A stretch of DNA of 64,000 bases from Callorhinchus milii (GCF_018977255.1 NW_024704742.1:95482001-95546000), one strand, 5' to 3'; counted from the first letter of the stretch, positions 12,421 to 26,874 are shown. A program made the numbers and translations. The notes: generated from the letters alone by a model not told the origin.

Positions 12421-13398
12421 CTCTGCACCATGACTGTAATAAAATGCACTGTTTTGTTCTTAGGGACAACTTCTGATCATTTGTGCAGTGATGTTTTCCA
12501 GCCCTGTGATAAATTGACTGACATGGCAAGTATTTTGTTATGATTTTTTTATTTTTGGAAAGCTAGTGCCAGTAAGGTTGCAGTGAGTGACTTCAATTCC
12601 TTCTCGCCCGCACCCACAGTGCAATAGAGAATTAGAGAACTGATTAAATACATGGCTGATGGAGTTACTTGTGGATTGACAATGCATTTCTGAAACAAAA
12701 TTACTGTCATTTTTGTAAACCTGTTTTCTTTAATGTTGACTATGTTGAGAGTATGATTCCCATATTGTCATTTTGTGAAATCTCTAAATAATAATGAGGA
12801 ATCAATGAGCTGAATGTTAGTTTCTCCTCTCTTCTCCCCTTCCCTCCCCCTGGCTGTTTGTTTGTAGCTTTCAGATGGAGCATTCAATAAAAGCTAAAAC
12901 ACAAGACCGTGGTTTCACTTGGGGAGAGTGTTTTTTAAGATGAGGTTTAATTTCAGCAGTATATTAAATTGGTGCAGTCTTTTGCTTGTTGATGAAATGA
13001 CATGATTGTAACAAACAGCGTCTCATCAATGCTCATCAAAACTAGGACAACATGAAAGAGTTCAGTGTTTGTGAAACTGCTGTTGAAAAGTTCTCGAAAG
13101 TCTAATTATGTCAATTCCTTCTCCCTCCACAGTATGCAAATATCTGTGAGGTGTGAGAGAGAAGGGTATAAGAATACGGGTATTCCTGCACGTCATTGGG
13201 AAAATTACAGGTAGTGATTGTTGTCCTTGTTTGCCAGAGACACGGGAAGACCCCTGAAGTCTTCCCCCTGTGCAGCTACCCAGTTTACAGGGGTACGATT
13301 TAGTAGCTGTTGCAGGGAATGGCCACAGTCTGGATGTGATTAGTAGCTCGGGATACAAAGGTGGGAAAATAGGAGAAGTGGGGTGGTTAGGAGTAATT

Positions 13399-14225
13399 GA
13401 ATGTGAACAAGACTGAGGCCCTCCTGATTGGCTCGTGCCAGTGCCTCTGCACCTCAGGCTCTGGCAGCATCAACCTCCATGGTTGCACACTTCAACTCAC
13501 CAGCCAGTCAGGAACCCAGTTGTCTTGCTCGACCCTCAACTGTCTTTTCTTCCCCACAACCAAGCCATGACCCGCTCTGCCTTCCCTCACCTTCGTAACA
13601 TCGCCGACTCCGCCACTACCTCACCCCTCAGGGTGCTGAAACTCTTTTTCATGCCTTCATCACCTCCAGGCTCAACTATGCAAACGTCCTGCTTGTCAGC
13701 CTTCCCAACTCCTCCCTCCACAGGGCTGTAGATAATCCAGAACTCTTCAGCCCGTGTCCTCTCCCGCACCAAACTCCATGATCCCATCTCCCCCATTCTC
13801 GCCCAACTCCATTGGCTCCCTATCCTTCAGAGGATCCAGTTTAAGATCCTGGTCCTCACCTACAAAGCCCTCCATGGCCTCGCCCCAACCTACCTCTGTG
13901 ATTTCCTGCCAGCTCCCTCCGCTCAGCCGGCTGTGGCCTGCTCCATGTCTCCCGACTCACCCACTCCACCATTGGCGGGAGAGCCTTCAGCCACTCTGCC
14001 CCAAACCTCTGGAATTCCATCCCCCAATCACTCCGCCTCGCCCCCTCCTTAGCCTCCTTCAAGTCCTGCCTCAAGACCCTCCTCTTCTACCATGCTGTCG
14101 GCCACCCCCCTTCTCCCCCCCTGACCCCAGCTCGGGTCTGAAATGTTGTACACTGTCCAGCGTTTTGGGACGTCCTCCCAACGTGAAAGGCGATATACAA
14201 ATGTAATCTTGTTTTTGTTATTGTT
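13399..14225 (+). mobile_element. L2-type LINE, 5'-truncated
   Basis: Same ORF2 region; tail gggacgtcctcccaacgtgaaaggcgatatacaaatgtaatcttgtt. Confidence 0.9.
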
Positions 14226-14786
14226 AAAAGACACCAATATGACAGTGGAAAGAATGATCTAAGTGAGGATAAGATCTTAGGACATCTTCCTGAAGTGAAA
14301 AGTGCCATAAAAGTGTAAAGGTATCAATTTGTAATGTATAATGAGCAAATAGAATCACTGTTGTAGAACTAAGAAATGGGGAAAAATGTAAAACAAGTGT
14401 ATTTTATAAATACTTGACTTAAGCCTATGGCTTAACTGAAAAAAAATGTACCTGCAGTTCAGGGAACCCTCTAAAAAGAAAAATGTGGTAATAAATGGAC
14501 GATTTAAGAATGACATACAGATTAGGATTGGAAAACAACATGAATAGAAAAGAAATGGATTTATGGAATCTATTCAGTGCAGTTTACCAAAACAACAAGT
14601 CTTAATCCAACAATGACAACAACAACTTGCATTTATGTAGCGCCCTTCACACCGGACGGCGTATCAAAGTGCTTATGCTAACAAAGATGCAGGCCATATG
14701 TGATTTTGTTGCAAGCAATGATCTCAAATAGTTAGAAATCTGGTAAGGGAGTATCATAGGAATGATGACTATTATTTTGCATAGAG

Positions 14787-15365
14787 ATGTTATTCAGACC
14801 CAATCTGGAGTACTGCTTTCAGTTTTGGGCACCACACCTCAGCAAAGATATATTGACCCTGGAGGGGGTGCAGTGTAGGTTCACTAGAATGTTACCAGGC
14901 CTAAAAGGATTTAGTTGCGAGGAAAGGCTGTGTAAACTTGGATTGTATTCCCTTGAGTTTAGAAGTTTGAGGGGTGATTGAGGTATTTAAGATGATAAAA
15001 TGATTTGCTAGGGTAGATACAGAGAAGCTATTTCCTCTGGTGGGGGAATCCAAAACCAGGGGAAATAGTCTTAAAATTAGAACCAGGCCATTTAAGAGTG
15101 AAATCAGGAAGCATTTTTTCACTCAAAGGGTGGTAGAAATTTGGAATTCTCTCCCCCAAAAGGCAGTGGATGCTGGATCCATCCACACCTTCAAAAGTGG
15201 GGTTGATAGATTTTTTTGTAGGTCAGGGTATTAAGAGATATGGGGAGAAAGCAGGAAATTGGAATTGAAAGGATTAGTTGAGGTACAGATCAGCCATGAT
15301 CTAATTAAATGGCGGAACAGGCTCAAAGGGCTGGATGGCCTACTCCTGTTCCTATGTTCCTATGA
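14787..15365 (+). mobile_element. CR1-type LINE 3' fragment
   Basis: [14 protein letters not shown]...[11 protein letters not shown]...FFTQRVVEIWNSLP; tail ggcctactcctgttcctatgttcctatg. Confidence 0.92.
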
Positions 15366-15731
15366 GTATAATAATCATTCGGAATCTGACTTGAGGCAGA
15401 ACCTAATCCGATGCCTTCTGAAAATCAACATGTTGTTCATCCCATCTGTCAATCCTTCTCTGTCCACCACCTGAGTTGGGAGGTAGGGGACAGACGGTTG
15501 GGATAAAAGGATCATGTCAGTGGGCATTCACAAGTGTTAGCCCCCAGAGATTGTTTTCATTCCTAAATTTAAAACGTTTTGATGTGCTCAAAGATCTGCT
15601 CCTGTTTATGTTCCTTTAGACTGGGAGCGCATTTTCCACTTGTCCGCATGTCTGTGGGATGGAGAGAGCTGATGAGGGGGAATAGGGAGAAAATAATTTA
15701 AAGATAAATTGTTATCCCGACTATGCTCAGG

Positions 15732-16195
15732 CTCTCCCTCAGACTCACCAAACCAGTGCGCAATCTAGGTGTCCGGTTTGACCCCCAGCTGTCCTGCCTT
15801 CCCCACATCCGGTCCCTGACCAGGACCACCTTCCTCCACCTTTGCCACATTGCCCGCCTACAACCATACCTTACCCCAAACCCAGCCGAAACCCTCGTGC
15901 GTGTGTTTGTCACCGCCCAACTGGATTACTCAAACACACTCCTTGCCGATCTCCCCAGCTCCACCATTCAAAGGACTCAGCTCATTCGATCTCTGCCTCC
16001 CGCATACTTACCCAGACCAAACTCAGTGCCCAGATCTCACTATTTCTGGTCAGGCTTCACTGGCTCCCCATCACCGCACGGATCGACTTCAAGATCCCCA
16101 CTCTCCAGTTCAAACCCCTTCACTCCCTGGTACCGCCCTATCTCTGAGATGCTAACCTGCGTGGAGGGTACTATGTAAGAGCAACTTGTTGTTGT
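15732..16195 (+). mobile_element. L2-type LINE fragment
   Basis: VRNLGVRFDPQLS...LHWLPITARIDFKI remnants; (ttg)n tail. Confidence 0.85.
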
Positions 16196-16954
16196 TACTC
16201 CCCTCTCCTGATGCCCCTAAAAACCCTCAATACCCCCCTCCCCCCACTGTAAAGGAGCCCAAGTCAAGGCTTTCCTTTTCTAAATGGTTCGATAGTTGAA
16301 ACTTAAAGCAAGTTAGCATTTCTGTGGGATGTTGTGTGCCACAAAAACTATACTCAACATAATGGGGACGATTGTCTTTTAAAATATTTTTTATTTTAAG
16401 TCCTCAAAAAAAGAGGCCTTGTTGTGTTAACATCACATGAGATGTGTGTAGATCACACAAGTTGCTTGAAATGTGACCTGACGTTAACTGATTGTTGTGC
16501 TCGAAAACTGGGTCAGTCCCCATTTTGATCAAAAAATAGTACAAACTGGACTAGTTTGCCCACTAGATGGCTCTACGTGTTTTTATATTTCAAAAATCAC
16601 TGTCCAATTATTCTACTATTTTTATCCTTGTTGGTTTATGCTTCTCTGCTCCTGGTCCCCGTCCTCCTGTTGCTGGTATCCGTTCCCCTCAGTAGCCCCC
16701 CAACTGTCTACTGTTCATGAGTCTTGTCAGTGAGTGTCGGCAGGCAATAGAACGTAGAGAGCTCCCCCCCCTCCCCACACACACACAAAACAAGTGAAAG
16801 ATGCTTTATAGGGAGCAGAAGCAGGAACCCTGGCTGTTTTTCCTCTTGCTAACTTTGGGAAGGTCAAGACCATTTTAGCCTCCTTATGCAGCCCAAACAG
16901 GTGAACTCAGCACAGCAAGAATTGGGCTAGTAAACGGCAGTGTATTATCTACAC

Positions 16955-17042
16955 CAGGGATGGCCAACTTGGACCCACATGCAGGTCACATTACGCATGT
17001 GTAAAATGTCATGCGGGCCTTGCTACATGTTGGCCATCCCTG
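16955..17042. mobile_element. 88-bp hAT-type MITE
   Basis: Perfect 14-bp TIRs cagggatggccaac / gttggccatccctg; 8-bp flanks atctacac / ctctacag. Confidence 0.75.
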
Positions 17043-17148
17043 CTCTACAGGATCAGGGCTGCTCCTGGCTTTATGCATTTTCACTGATGATCATAGGGAT
17101 ATCCAGTGAATCCTGATCTTATGTGTATGTTTTTTTGTCTTAACCCAG

Positions 17149-17299
17149 AATCCTGGAGGAGGTGATGACCGCTCCCTGTGGCTTTACTTGCCTGATGAGC
17201 TCTGGATTAGTGTTTTGACTCTGCTATCACATCGTGATCTCTGTCAGCTCTCCCAGGTCTCTCACCGCTTCCACCGGTTGGCCAACGATGAAACGCTCT
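17149..17299 (+). CDS. FBXL exon encoding the F-box domain
   Basis: ttttttgtcttaacccag| ... ctc t|gtaagt. NPGGGDDRSLWLYLPDELWISVLTLLSHRDLCQLSQVSHRFHRLANDETL matches the F-box consensus. Confidence 0.93.
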
Positions 17300-18369
17300 G
17301 TAAGTTTCTATTTAAGTTGTTGCGAATACATCTATCTGAAAATGATGGGTTAGATAAACTGCTAGATTATGGGTTCAGTTGATGAATTAGTATCCAGTAA
17401 TAATATAATCCTTGCACTTGATATAACGCCTTATCACATTGTTGCAATGTCTCAAAGCGCTTCACAGGATTTTACTGTAAAGTGTAGTGACTGTAACCAA
17501 ACACCATGATATAATAGAATGCTGGAACTGGCTTGCAGGGTTGAATGGCCTATTCATGTTCCTATGTTCCTATAAACACGGTAGCCAATTTGTGCACAGC
17601 AACTTCCTACAATTGTGGAGTGAGTAATTAATTTTTTTGGGGGGTGGAGGACTATTGACCAAGAAACAATTTAGATGGAATGTCCCAGGTTCGATTGTGA
17701 GTGATACTGATTTAGCTGATCTCAGCCAGGATAGCAGTAGGGGATTTATTTATAATTGGCTGTGGTATATTTGAAGATATTCCCCAAACTGGCACTGAAA
17801 TAATGGGAGCTGGGCAGTGACAGGCTGCTGACCAGCTTGATAGATACAGTGACTTTTTTAATGAAACCATTGAAACCTCATTCGCCCAAACCATTAAAAC
17901 CTTGCTCATCACAAAAAGAGAAAATGGCTGTATAATTAACTTAGGGGTGTAGCTGGCTCAGTGTGTGAGTGCAGTGTCCTTTTACCTCGAGGGCCTGATT
18001 TGAACGCAGCTTTGACTGATAGAACGTCAAATTCTTCTCTGTCATGGGGAAAAGGTTAGGAGCAGCCTCAATCCAACTTCTTGAAGGTGATCAACAGAGA
18101 GTGCTGATAACTCACTATTCACTGGCACTACAGGTCTGGTCACTAGTTTGGGACAAGGTGGGTGATGAATTACTGGAACAGATCACAGTGCGGGCTGGTT
18201 GAGGTACAGACACTGAATTTATTTAAGAAATATCTTGATGCTGTAATGGGAGGAGAGAGGTTTAGTATTCTGAAATTATGAGATCAAATGGCCTAAAGGG
18301 CCTTCCTCATCTGATCCTCTCTTGTGACTCTGTGACCCGATTGGTGCAGTAACTCATCAGGAATGCATG

Positions 18370-19290
18370 ATCATAGAATCATAGAATTGTACAGCACAAA
18401 AAGAGGCCATTCGGTCCATCGAGTTTGTACCGGCTCTTTGAATAGAACAATTTAATGTCAATCCCACTTCCCAGCCATTTCCCCATAACCCTGCAAACCC
18501 GTCCTCCTCAAATACCCATTCATCACGTTTTTAAAAGTAGTTATCGAATCGGCCTCGACCACCCTTTCAGGCAATGCGTTCCAGATTCGAACAACTCGCT
18601 GCATGAAAACATTTCTTCTCACCTCCCCTCTGCTTCTTTTAGATACTATTTTGAATCTGTGACCTCGAGTCACCGACACACCCACCAGTGGAAACAGTTT
18701 TTCCCTTTCCAACTTATCAGATCCCCTCATGATTTTGAAGACCTCTATTAGGTCTCCTCGTAACCTTCTCTGCTCCAATGAGAATAATCCCAGCCTCTCT
18801 AGCCTTTCCTCATAATCAAGGTCCCTCATTCCTGGTACCATCCTCGTAAATCTGCTCTGCACCCTTTCCGATGCCTTAACATCCTTCCTATAGTGTGGTG
18901 CCCAGAACTGGGCGCAGTATTCTAACTGAGGCCTAACCAGTGTTTTACATAGGTTAATCATAACCTCCTGACTCTTGTACTCTATGCTCCTATTTATAAA
19001 GCCTAGAATCCCATTTGCCCTTTTTACAGTCTTATCTATCTGTCCTGACACCTTCAAGGATTCATTTACCTGCACCCCCAGGCCTCTGTGTTCTTTCACC
19101 CCCCTTAAGATTGTATTACCAGCCTGTATTGCCTCCCCTCATTCTTTCTACCAAAATGCATTACCTCGCATTTCTCTACATTGAAATTCATCTGCCATAT
19201 GTTTGCCCATTTTACCATTCTGTCTATGTCTTCCTGCAGTTGGCTCCTATCCTTCTCACTGTTTACCACCCTACCTAACTTTGTGTCGTG
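18370..19290 (-). mobile_element. CR1-type LINE 3' fragment
   Basis: 213-aa ORF 18458-19099 (LVRPQLEYCAQFWAPH...RRLRGDLIEVFKI...WNALP); WQMNFNVEKC upstream; (ctatgatt)n tail. Confidence 0.95.
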
Positions 19291-19440
19291 ATCCTGGTGT
19301 TGAATGCAAAAAAGTGGAGAAAACATGTTCCCCAATTAAAATTCATCCTTGAATTTAATGTCATGCCTAAAACATTAAAAAAATTGAACTTGCTTATCAG
19401 GTAATTTCTGTAAAGTACAGTGACTGTGAATTTGTAGTTC

Positions 19441-19783
19441 TAATAATAATAATCCTTGCATCATGTCATTGAGACATCTCGAAGCGCTTTGTAGGATATA
19501 TTGTAAAGTGGATTGACTGTAATTTGTGGGCAAAATGCAGCAGCCAATTGTGCACAGCAGTTTTCCACAAGCCGTTGTGGATTGAGTGGCCCAATTTTTT
19601 TTATATGGTTTATTACTGCTGGAAAGTGATCCACCAATCGACTAACAACCGGGTTCCTACTTACTGCTAGATAAACAGAGGTGTGTGGAGTGTGGATTCC
19701 CAGGCAGGTTTTGACCTGCCTGGGAATCAAACCCAGGTCCTCTCGCTTGCGAGGTGAGTGTGTTAACCACTACGGGACTCCAC
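19441..19783 (-). mobile_element. tRNA-head SINE, long form
   Basis: Reverse complement of the same family, including the tttatctagcagtaagtaggaacccgg segment. Confidence 0.88.
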
Positions 19784-20879
19784 AATAGCCCTAATACCCC
19801 TCACATTCCTGAGCAAAATTAACTCTCTTCACTGCATCTGTTTTCTTATTTTCTCCCGGGCTCCTCAAGATGTGAATCATTTTGAGGATGGAGTCAGTCC
19901 TTCATATCTGAGCCTGACCCAGAAGCGCCGGCAGGCTCCAGTCACATGTCTGTGGTTTAAAAACAAAAGTAGAACAGTAGAAATGCCTTTTGGCTGCTTT
20001 TTATAGCAAAGCGTCACAAACAAGGAACTGCTCTGTGGTGTTTCACATTTACAGAAATGGTCTTCAGAATATTTATTTCTAGACAATTATTTTGAGAATG
20101 TTGCACAAAATAATATAGATATTTGTCATGTGAACACAGTGGTTAGAGAGCTGCAATCTGATTAAATATTTAATATTTTCCATAGAGCAATGAATATGTA
20201 AACTACCCAGCAAAGCTGTAGAGGCAGATTATGTTGGAAAACTCAAGAGGAATTTAGATAGCCATTGGGCAAATAATTCAGATAAAAGATGGGATTATTT
20301 ATCAGGTTTTTCTTTGTACTTTGTAGCTCCCCAGTTGAACTGCAATGGTCCTTTTTTAGTCATGTATATTCGTATATAACAAATATTTGTCTCTGTAAGT
20401 TCTCTATTTATTTCGGTTCTTTTAGAGTTGGGTTGGTATACAATGTAGTCACCTTGATTCTTATGAAAACCTCAGAAATGCAGCTAGATGCCTTAATCGG
20501 CTCAATGTAAGGGAGTATTATATAGTGTTTCCTCCATAGCTCTGCAAATTTGTTTGCAGTAGGCAGAAAATGATCAATCAATGTGTGCAGTATTCCTATT
20601 CATTGATGTTGAGATAGCTTTTGAAATCTTTTAATAGATGCTTCTGGATCAGTACCTCTGGACCCATTTGACTCTTGTGTGATAGGCAATGCTAAAAGTT
20701 TTAATACATTTCAGACCATTTTAACCTTTTATACTGTGCTGATAGTCACGTTAATTGCAACATGAGTTCTCCAGAATTGAAGGCCAAGGTCATGAAACCA
20801 TCAGCCTCTATACACGATCATTTATAGAAGTGGAAAAACTGAAGAAATTAAAAATAGTCAGCTATTTATCCAGATTTTA

Positions 20880-21340
20880 GAACACAAATACTGCAGTTAA
20901 ATGTGTGTAATAGAAAGCGTATATGAACGTGCCAATTGCACACAGCAGTGTCCCACAAACAGTTGTGGATTGAGTGACCATTTTGAATGACCAATTTTTC
21001 TTTTTTTTTGGAGGGATAGAAGTATTGAAACAGGAGAGTAGGACATTTAGCCCCTTGAACCTGTTCCACTATTCTATAAGATTATGGCTGTTCTGTATCT
21101 TATTATGCAACTGCCCTTGCCCCGTATCCCTTAATAACCTGACCTAAAAATATCTATCCATCTCGGATTATTACTCATGGAAAGCGATCCACTCATTAAA
21201 AACTGGACTCCTACTCACTGCTAGGTAAACAGAGGCATGTGGAGTAAGGAAACTTTCCTAAAGTTTCTCCCAGCCCAGGAATCGAACCCAGGTCCCCTTA
21301 CTTGCGAGACGAGCCCGCTAACAACTACACTGCGGGATAT
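20880..21340 (-). mobile_element. tRNA-head SINE interrupted by a CR1-type tail (~21015-21165)
   Basis: SINE body 20880-21015 resumes at ~21166 and runs to the tRNA-like head. Confidence 0.75.
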
Positions 21341-24110
21341 CCCCAGGTTCGCACATAATACAACAACTGTTGGAGCTTATTTAGCAGTTTTTTCTCACTC
21401 TCATAGTTGCTATGATCTTGGAGGTATCAGTGTTTTTGTGCTTGTGTGAGATGAAACCAAAAATGTGTTTTAATTTTGGTTCAAAAGGTACTGGATAATT
21501 GGCATGAAACCTGATGCCTTATGTCAGTAACTACATTTCAAAAGGTTAAATCATACCTGACCTTTGATACTTCTACAGTTGAATAGACATGGGATGTTTC
21601 CTGATTCACAGAAAAATATCATGGTTCATCCACACTTTTTTTTCAGGGGGTGGAGGGAACTGAACTTTTCAATGCTGATATAAAATGTTTGTGCATTGAA
21701 ATGTGGACTGACCTTTAGAGCATTTGTTTTCTTATTCTCCCTCCCTCTCCCTCCCAACTAACTGGATATGAATTGCTCCACCGTACAGTTCAACTAACAT
21801 CAAACTGAATTGATAGATTGAAATGAGAGCTCATAGATTTTTCACTCACTTTGTGCAGTCCCTGCAGCACTTCTAAATTGGAAACCTGTGAGTGAGTTGA
21901 GTATCTCCAGGGCAGGATCGCTGTCATATGTTCTGTCATATTATAACTGAATCCACAGCTGGATTATTACTTTTGTCATAGTTATAATACTAAACGGAAT
22001 TATTAACGTACTTAATGGAAGGTTTCTTCTGATTAATTGGAACTCTGTTGTTTAGGTTAGTAATACCGTTTCTCAAACTACAAGTTTAACATACTGGGCG
22101 CTCACGCAAAGTTGATACATTTGGGTCTCAAAAGACCATAAAATAACTTTATAAAGGGTGCCTTTCCTAATCATATACAATGGCATCAACTGGTGACAGA
22201 AAAAAAAGATCCACACACAGAATAAACCCTGATATAAATTGGAAGCGTATTATATGATAAACAATGACCGAAAGCCTAGAGCTCTAATCCTAACTCGGGG
22301 TCCAGTTACTGAGTCTAAATAACTCATTTTCCTCTCTCAATGGGGTGTCACATGACCCTTTAATTATGTTACTGCTTTAGAATCCCTATCAGCTATCCAT
22401 CAATGTCTATTTGTTTCATAATTTCATACTTGATGTGTGGTATTTGTAAAGCTTCAGTTTCTTGTACCCTGTAAGGGAAAAGATTGTTTACACCAAAGGC
22501 CTTAGATTAAGGTCTATCTTTTGGGCAAAGAAAAATTATCAACAAAGATAATTAATCAGTAACCAAAGAAACTTCTTTCATTGATTTCTTTTGCTATTTT
22601 TGAGTCATATTTTTACCTTGAAGAAACGACAGCAGCACATGACCAGTTATGTTTACATATTGCAACCAGTGCTTAAAATAAAGCCTGACTGAACTATTTT
22701 TAAAACTGTAAAAGACTATCAACAGAAGGTAGTTAATATTTTACATATCAACTTTATTGTTAATATTGTTTATTAAGAATCTCCAATGCATTTAGGAAAA
22801 TGATTACTGGTAAGACTTCAGTGTGGTATCAGATAGTATTCTCATACAACTTATTTTAAATTATAATATACCTAAACAATCTTATTCCTCTTGTAAAATG
22901 CAATAAAATAAATCCCAGTCTTTGTGCTAGTCATATCATACTGCTTCTGTTCAAGTCATACGATTTGCATACATGAGGGAGAGGGAATAGACAGTATGGG
23001 AGGGGAATGGGAGGGTGATTGTGCTGATTAGGATGGGTGAAGGCTCATGTGGAGTATAAAATACCAGCACAGACTAGTTGGTGAATGGTCTTTATTTGTG
23101 GTGTACAATCTTTGTAAATCTATGTAATTCTGCACTTATAGGAGCCAGACATCTGACGCTATCAGTCATGCCACACCTGCAAGCAAAATCAATACATTTG
23201 AAAACAACTTGGTGCTTTATAACCACAGTGCCATGACTATTGTCCCACATAAAATGCTGCACAGATCAATCACTAGATCTTTGATGTCTCGGCTGTTGCA
23301 GTCTGATCTTACAGAGGGCTGGTGTCTGGCTGTGTGAATTCACCTCAGTCAAGAACCAATTGAAGTGTCATGTGAAAGGTATCCACGCTGCTGGGAATCG
23401 GAGCATATGTTGTGAAGCAAGTATCTTAACCTTTACACTTGCAGGACAGCAGATGGAACACCAGGGCGTTCCCTTTCTAAGGCTGAATCCACAGAACTAC
23501 TGACTGATATGGTGCTCACTAATGTCAATATGTAATTATTATCCACAACCAGGTTACACGAAAACTCATTCCTGAACCCAGGCATATCTAAATCTGAACA
23601 CCAGTTATTGCCATCCACAAAAAATGTTAGGTCCTAAAAGCAATGTTTCTATTCCTTATATGGGCGATAAAGTGTGGGAAAATAATTCTGTTTCTTTATC
23701 ACTTTCTGATATATTTACTAAGTATGGAGTGCATACTTTACTAAGTATGCCAGGTTTGGTACATTTACTGACGGTTGTAGAGTCGATGGTTGTAGACTCT
23801 AGAATTGTTTGGCATAAAAATAATTAGCAGGAGCTACAGTAACTCACAAGAAAACAAAAGGACAAGGTGAGTAGGAAAATAGTGATCAGAAATTGTTTTA
23901 AATTTAAATGTGTGGATTGTTGAGGGAAATTTTCAATACTGAATCACAAAATAAATAGCCTGGATAACGTCATCATTTATAAAATCTACCCCAAGCCCTC
24001 CACCAACCCCCCATTCCTCCGAATAAGCCTGGTACACGGCATTGGTCTTGAACCTCGAAATCATCAAGGTGGCTGGCACGTCACAAACTGTCGTGTAAAG
24101 ATCATCCTAT

Positions 24111-24612
24111 CAACAACAACAACAAGATCTCATTTATTGAGCGCCGTTCACGTCGGGAGGACGTCCCAAGGCACTGGACAGTTGGGTCAGGACCCGAGCA
24201 GGGGGGAAATGGTCAAGGTGAGGGGAGGGAAGGGAGGGAGCGAGGAGGGGGTAGAGAGTCGAGAGGGGAGCTGAAGGCACGGTCAAAGAGAAAAGTCTTG
24301 AGACCGGCCTTGAAGGAGGAAAGGGAGGAAGCAAGACGAAGGCACTGGGGGATGGACTTCCAGAGCCTAGGGGCTGAGAGGCTGAAGGCTCGGCCACCGA
24401 TGATAGGGCGGTTAGGGCGGGGGATGTGGAGCAGACCGGAGCCAGAGGAACGGAGGGTACGGGCAGGTAACTAGGGGGATAGTAGGTCGGAGAGGTAGGA
24501 GGGAGCAAGGCCGTGAATGGCCTTGTAGGTGAGGATGAGGATCTTGAATTCGATCCTCTGGGGGATGGAGAGCCAGTGGAGGCGAGCGAGGGTGGGAGTG
24601 ATGTGGTCGTAG
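24111..24612 (-). mobile_element. Young L2-type LINE 3' fragment
   Basis: (caa)n tail at 24111; very similar to 31649-32163. Confidence 0.9.
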
Positions 24613-25189
24613 CAACACTAAAGGCAAAGGTCTATCAAATATCTGATGAGGAAACGTTGAAGTTTGGAAGGACAGCTGCTGAAAGGCATTGTGCGGAGTA
24701 CAAGTTCATGATCACATGCTCATATATCCAGGGTTTGGTATCCACCTGGATTGGTATATGGAGAGGTAAGCATGGTGATGGGTTTCCACATGTGTTAGAC
24801 ACCCGGCTGACCAAAATCTGTTTGTGCAAAGTTGCTGGTGCAAATGGCCACCACGTTTGCCTATAAAATACAATTATAAATACATTGAACGCAATTATCG
24901 GTAAAGCACTTGAAGCCATTTTTATTTGAAAAGGTGCTCTCATTTTCATTGCATAGAATATAAAATACTCACAAAGTGAAATTGAAGAGTAACCTCTCAG
25001 GGTTAACTTGAAAGCTCAGAAATTGCTTAACCTTCATTCTTGTAGTTTGGGACACCATTGTAATATCTTGATCCATTCCTGCCAGGAATATACTTCTGAT
25101 TCTAATCCCAAACAAAGACAGATGAGTAAATTAATACCAATACATTTTCACTACTGCTTTAATTTGATATGATATCTATGTACAAATAC

Positions 25190-26495
25190 AACAGCAACAA
25201 ATTTACATTTATAGAGCGCCTTTCTCATCGGGAGGACGTCCCAAGGCGCTGGTCAGTCAGGGGTAGGACCCAAGCATGGGGGAGGGGTGCAGTAGGGGAG
25301 AAGGAAGGCAGAGGGGTGGAAGGGTGACTGAAGGCACGATCGAAGAGAAGGGTCTTGAGACCAGCCTTGAAGGAAGCAAGGGAGGAAGTGAGGCGAATGG
25401 ACTGTGGAATGGAGTTCAAGAATGTGGGGGCAGAAAGGCTGAAAGCCCGGCCACCGATGGTAGGGCGGGAGACATGGAGCAGACCGGAGCACGATGAATG
25501 GAGGGAGCGGGCAGGTTGGTAGGGAGTCAGTAGGTCAGAGAGGTAGGAGGAGGCAAGGCCATCGATGGCCCTGAAAGTGAGGACGTGGATCCTGAATTCG
25601 ATCCTCTGAGGGATGGGGAGCCAGTGGAGTCGGGCAAGGGTGAGGTCACGGAGCCTGGTGCGTGAGAGTACACGAGCTGCAGAGTTTTGGATGATCTGTA
25701 GCTTGTGAAGGGATGAGGAGGGAGTTTCCATAATCAAGCTTTGAGGTGACGAATGGTTGGGTGAGGGTTTCGGCAGCCTGAGGGGTAAGGCAGTGGTGGA
25801 GTCTGGCAATATTGCGGAGGTGGTGGTAGGCAGTGCCAATCATGGCATGGATGTGGGGGAGAAAGGACAGTTCAGGGTCAAACAAGGCACCCAGGTTCCT
25901 GACTGGCTTAGTGAGGTCAAGTGTGCAGCCGTGGAGGCTGATGCTGTCAGCGCCCGAGGTGCTGAGGCCCTGGCGCGAGCCAATCAGGAGGGCCTTGGTC
26001 TTGCTTGACATTGAATTGGAGAAAGTTGTTCCTCATCCAGGACTTGATGTTGGACAGGTAGTCGGTCAGGACGCCAGTAGTCCTGGAGTTGAGGGTGGAG
26101 GCAGAGAGGTAGAGTTGGGTGTCATCTGCATACATGTGGAAATTTACCCCATGTCTGTGGATGATGTCACCAAAGGGGAGCATGTAGAGGGTGAAGAGGA
26201 GGGGACCGAGGACAGAGCCCTGAGGAACACCGCACAAGATCGTATGGGTGCTGGAGGAGAAGCTGCCACGATGAAGTGAAGGTACGACCTGAACCAGTCA
26301 AGATGGGAGGAAGGTTGAGGTGGGAGGAGAGGCGGTCGAGGAGGATTGAGTGGTCCACAGTATCAAAGGCGGTGGAGAGGTTGAGGAGGACGAGTAGGCA
26401 GAGGGCGCCCTGGTCACACATGGTCAGGATGTCATTTGTGACCTTGACCAGAGCAGTTTCCGTGCTATGGGCAGCAAGGAAACCCGATTGGAGGC
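25190..26495 (-). mobile_element. L2-type LINE with reverse transcriptase remnants
   Basis: [40 protein letters not shown] motifs, frameshifted; 3' tail at 25190. Confidence 0.95.
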
Positions 26496-26874
26496 ACCAA
26501 ATATGAGGTCAAAGCATTTTATTACACCTGTATTTTATCTGCTGATGTGGGCACCTAACCACAGATATGGAGGTTCTTCTGATGAACGACTGAATGCACC
26601 CAATTGTCTGATATTCCTGATAATTTTCTTGAGAAATGCATGTGTACCTTCTGGGCATGTGTATCTATTGCTCCACCTTAAAGTAAAACAATGCATTGAC
26701 AATGATTTCTTGTAATTGCTGTAAAGTGTACATGATAAATGATAAGCTTTGCAACATAAATTTAGTGAAGCTTTCATCTTGCCGGTAAGCAGAACAAGGC
26801 GAGATCCTGTGCTGACTTCTTTATAAAACAAATGTTTGAGAATTTGCTTGAGAAATAGATTAGATACAATACAA

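Noticed and set aside
18458..19099. Longest ORF in the window (213 aa)
   Set aside because: C-terminal part of a truncated CR1 ORF2 with a frameshift upstream; not a host gene.
23433..23633. Possible exon on either strand (minus-strand ORF; plus-strand acceptor at ~23443)
   Set aside because: The plus-strand splice from the F-box exon creates an immediate TGA; the minus-strand peptide has no recognisable homology or partner exons.
24643..24660. CTGATGA-g-GAAACGTTGA resembling a hammerhead core
   Set aside because: No stem II, no foldback arms and no TSD; chance or too degraded to support.
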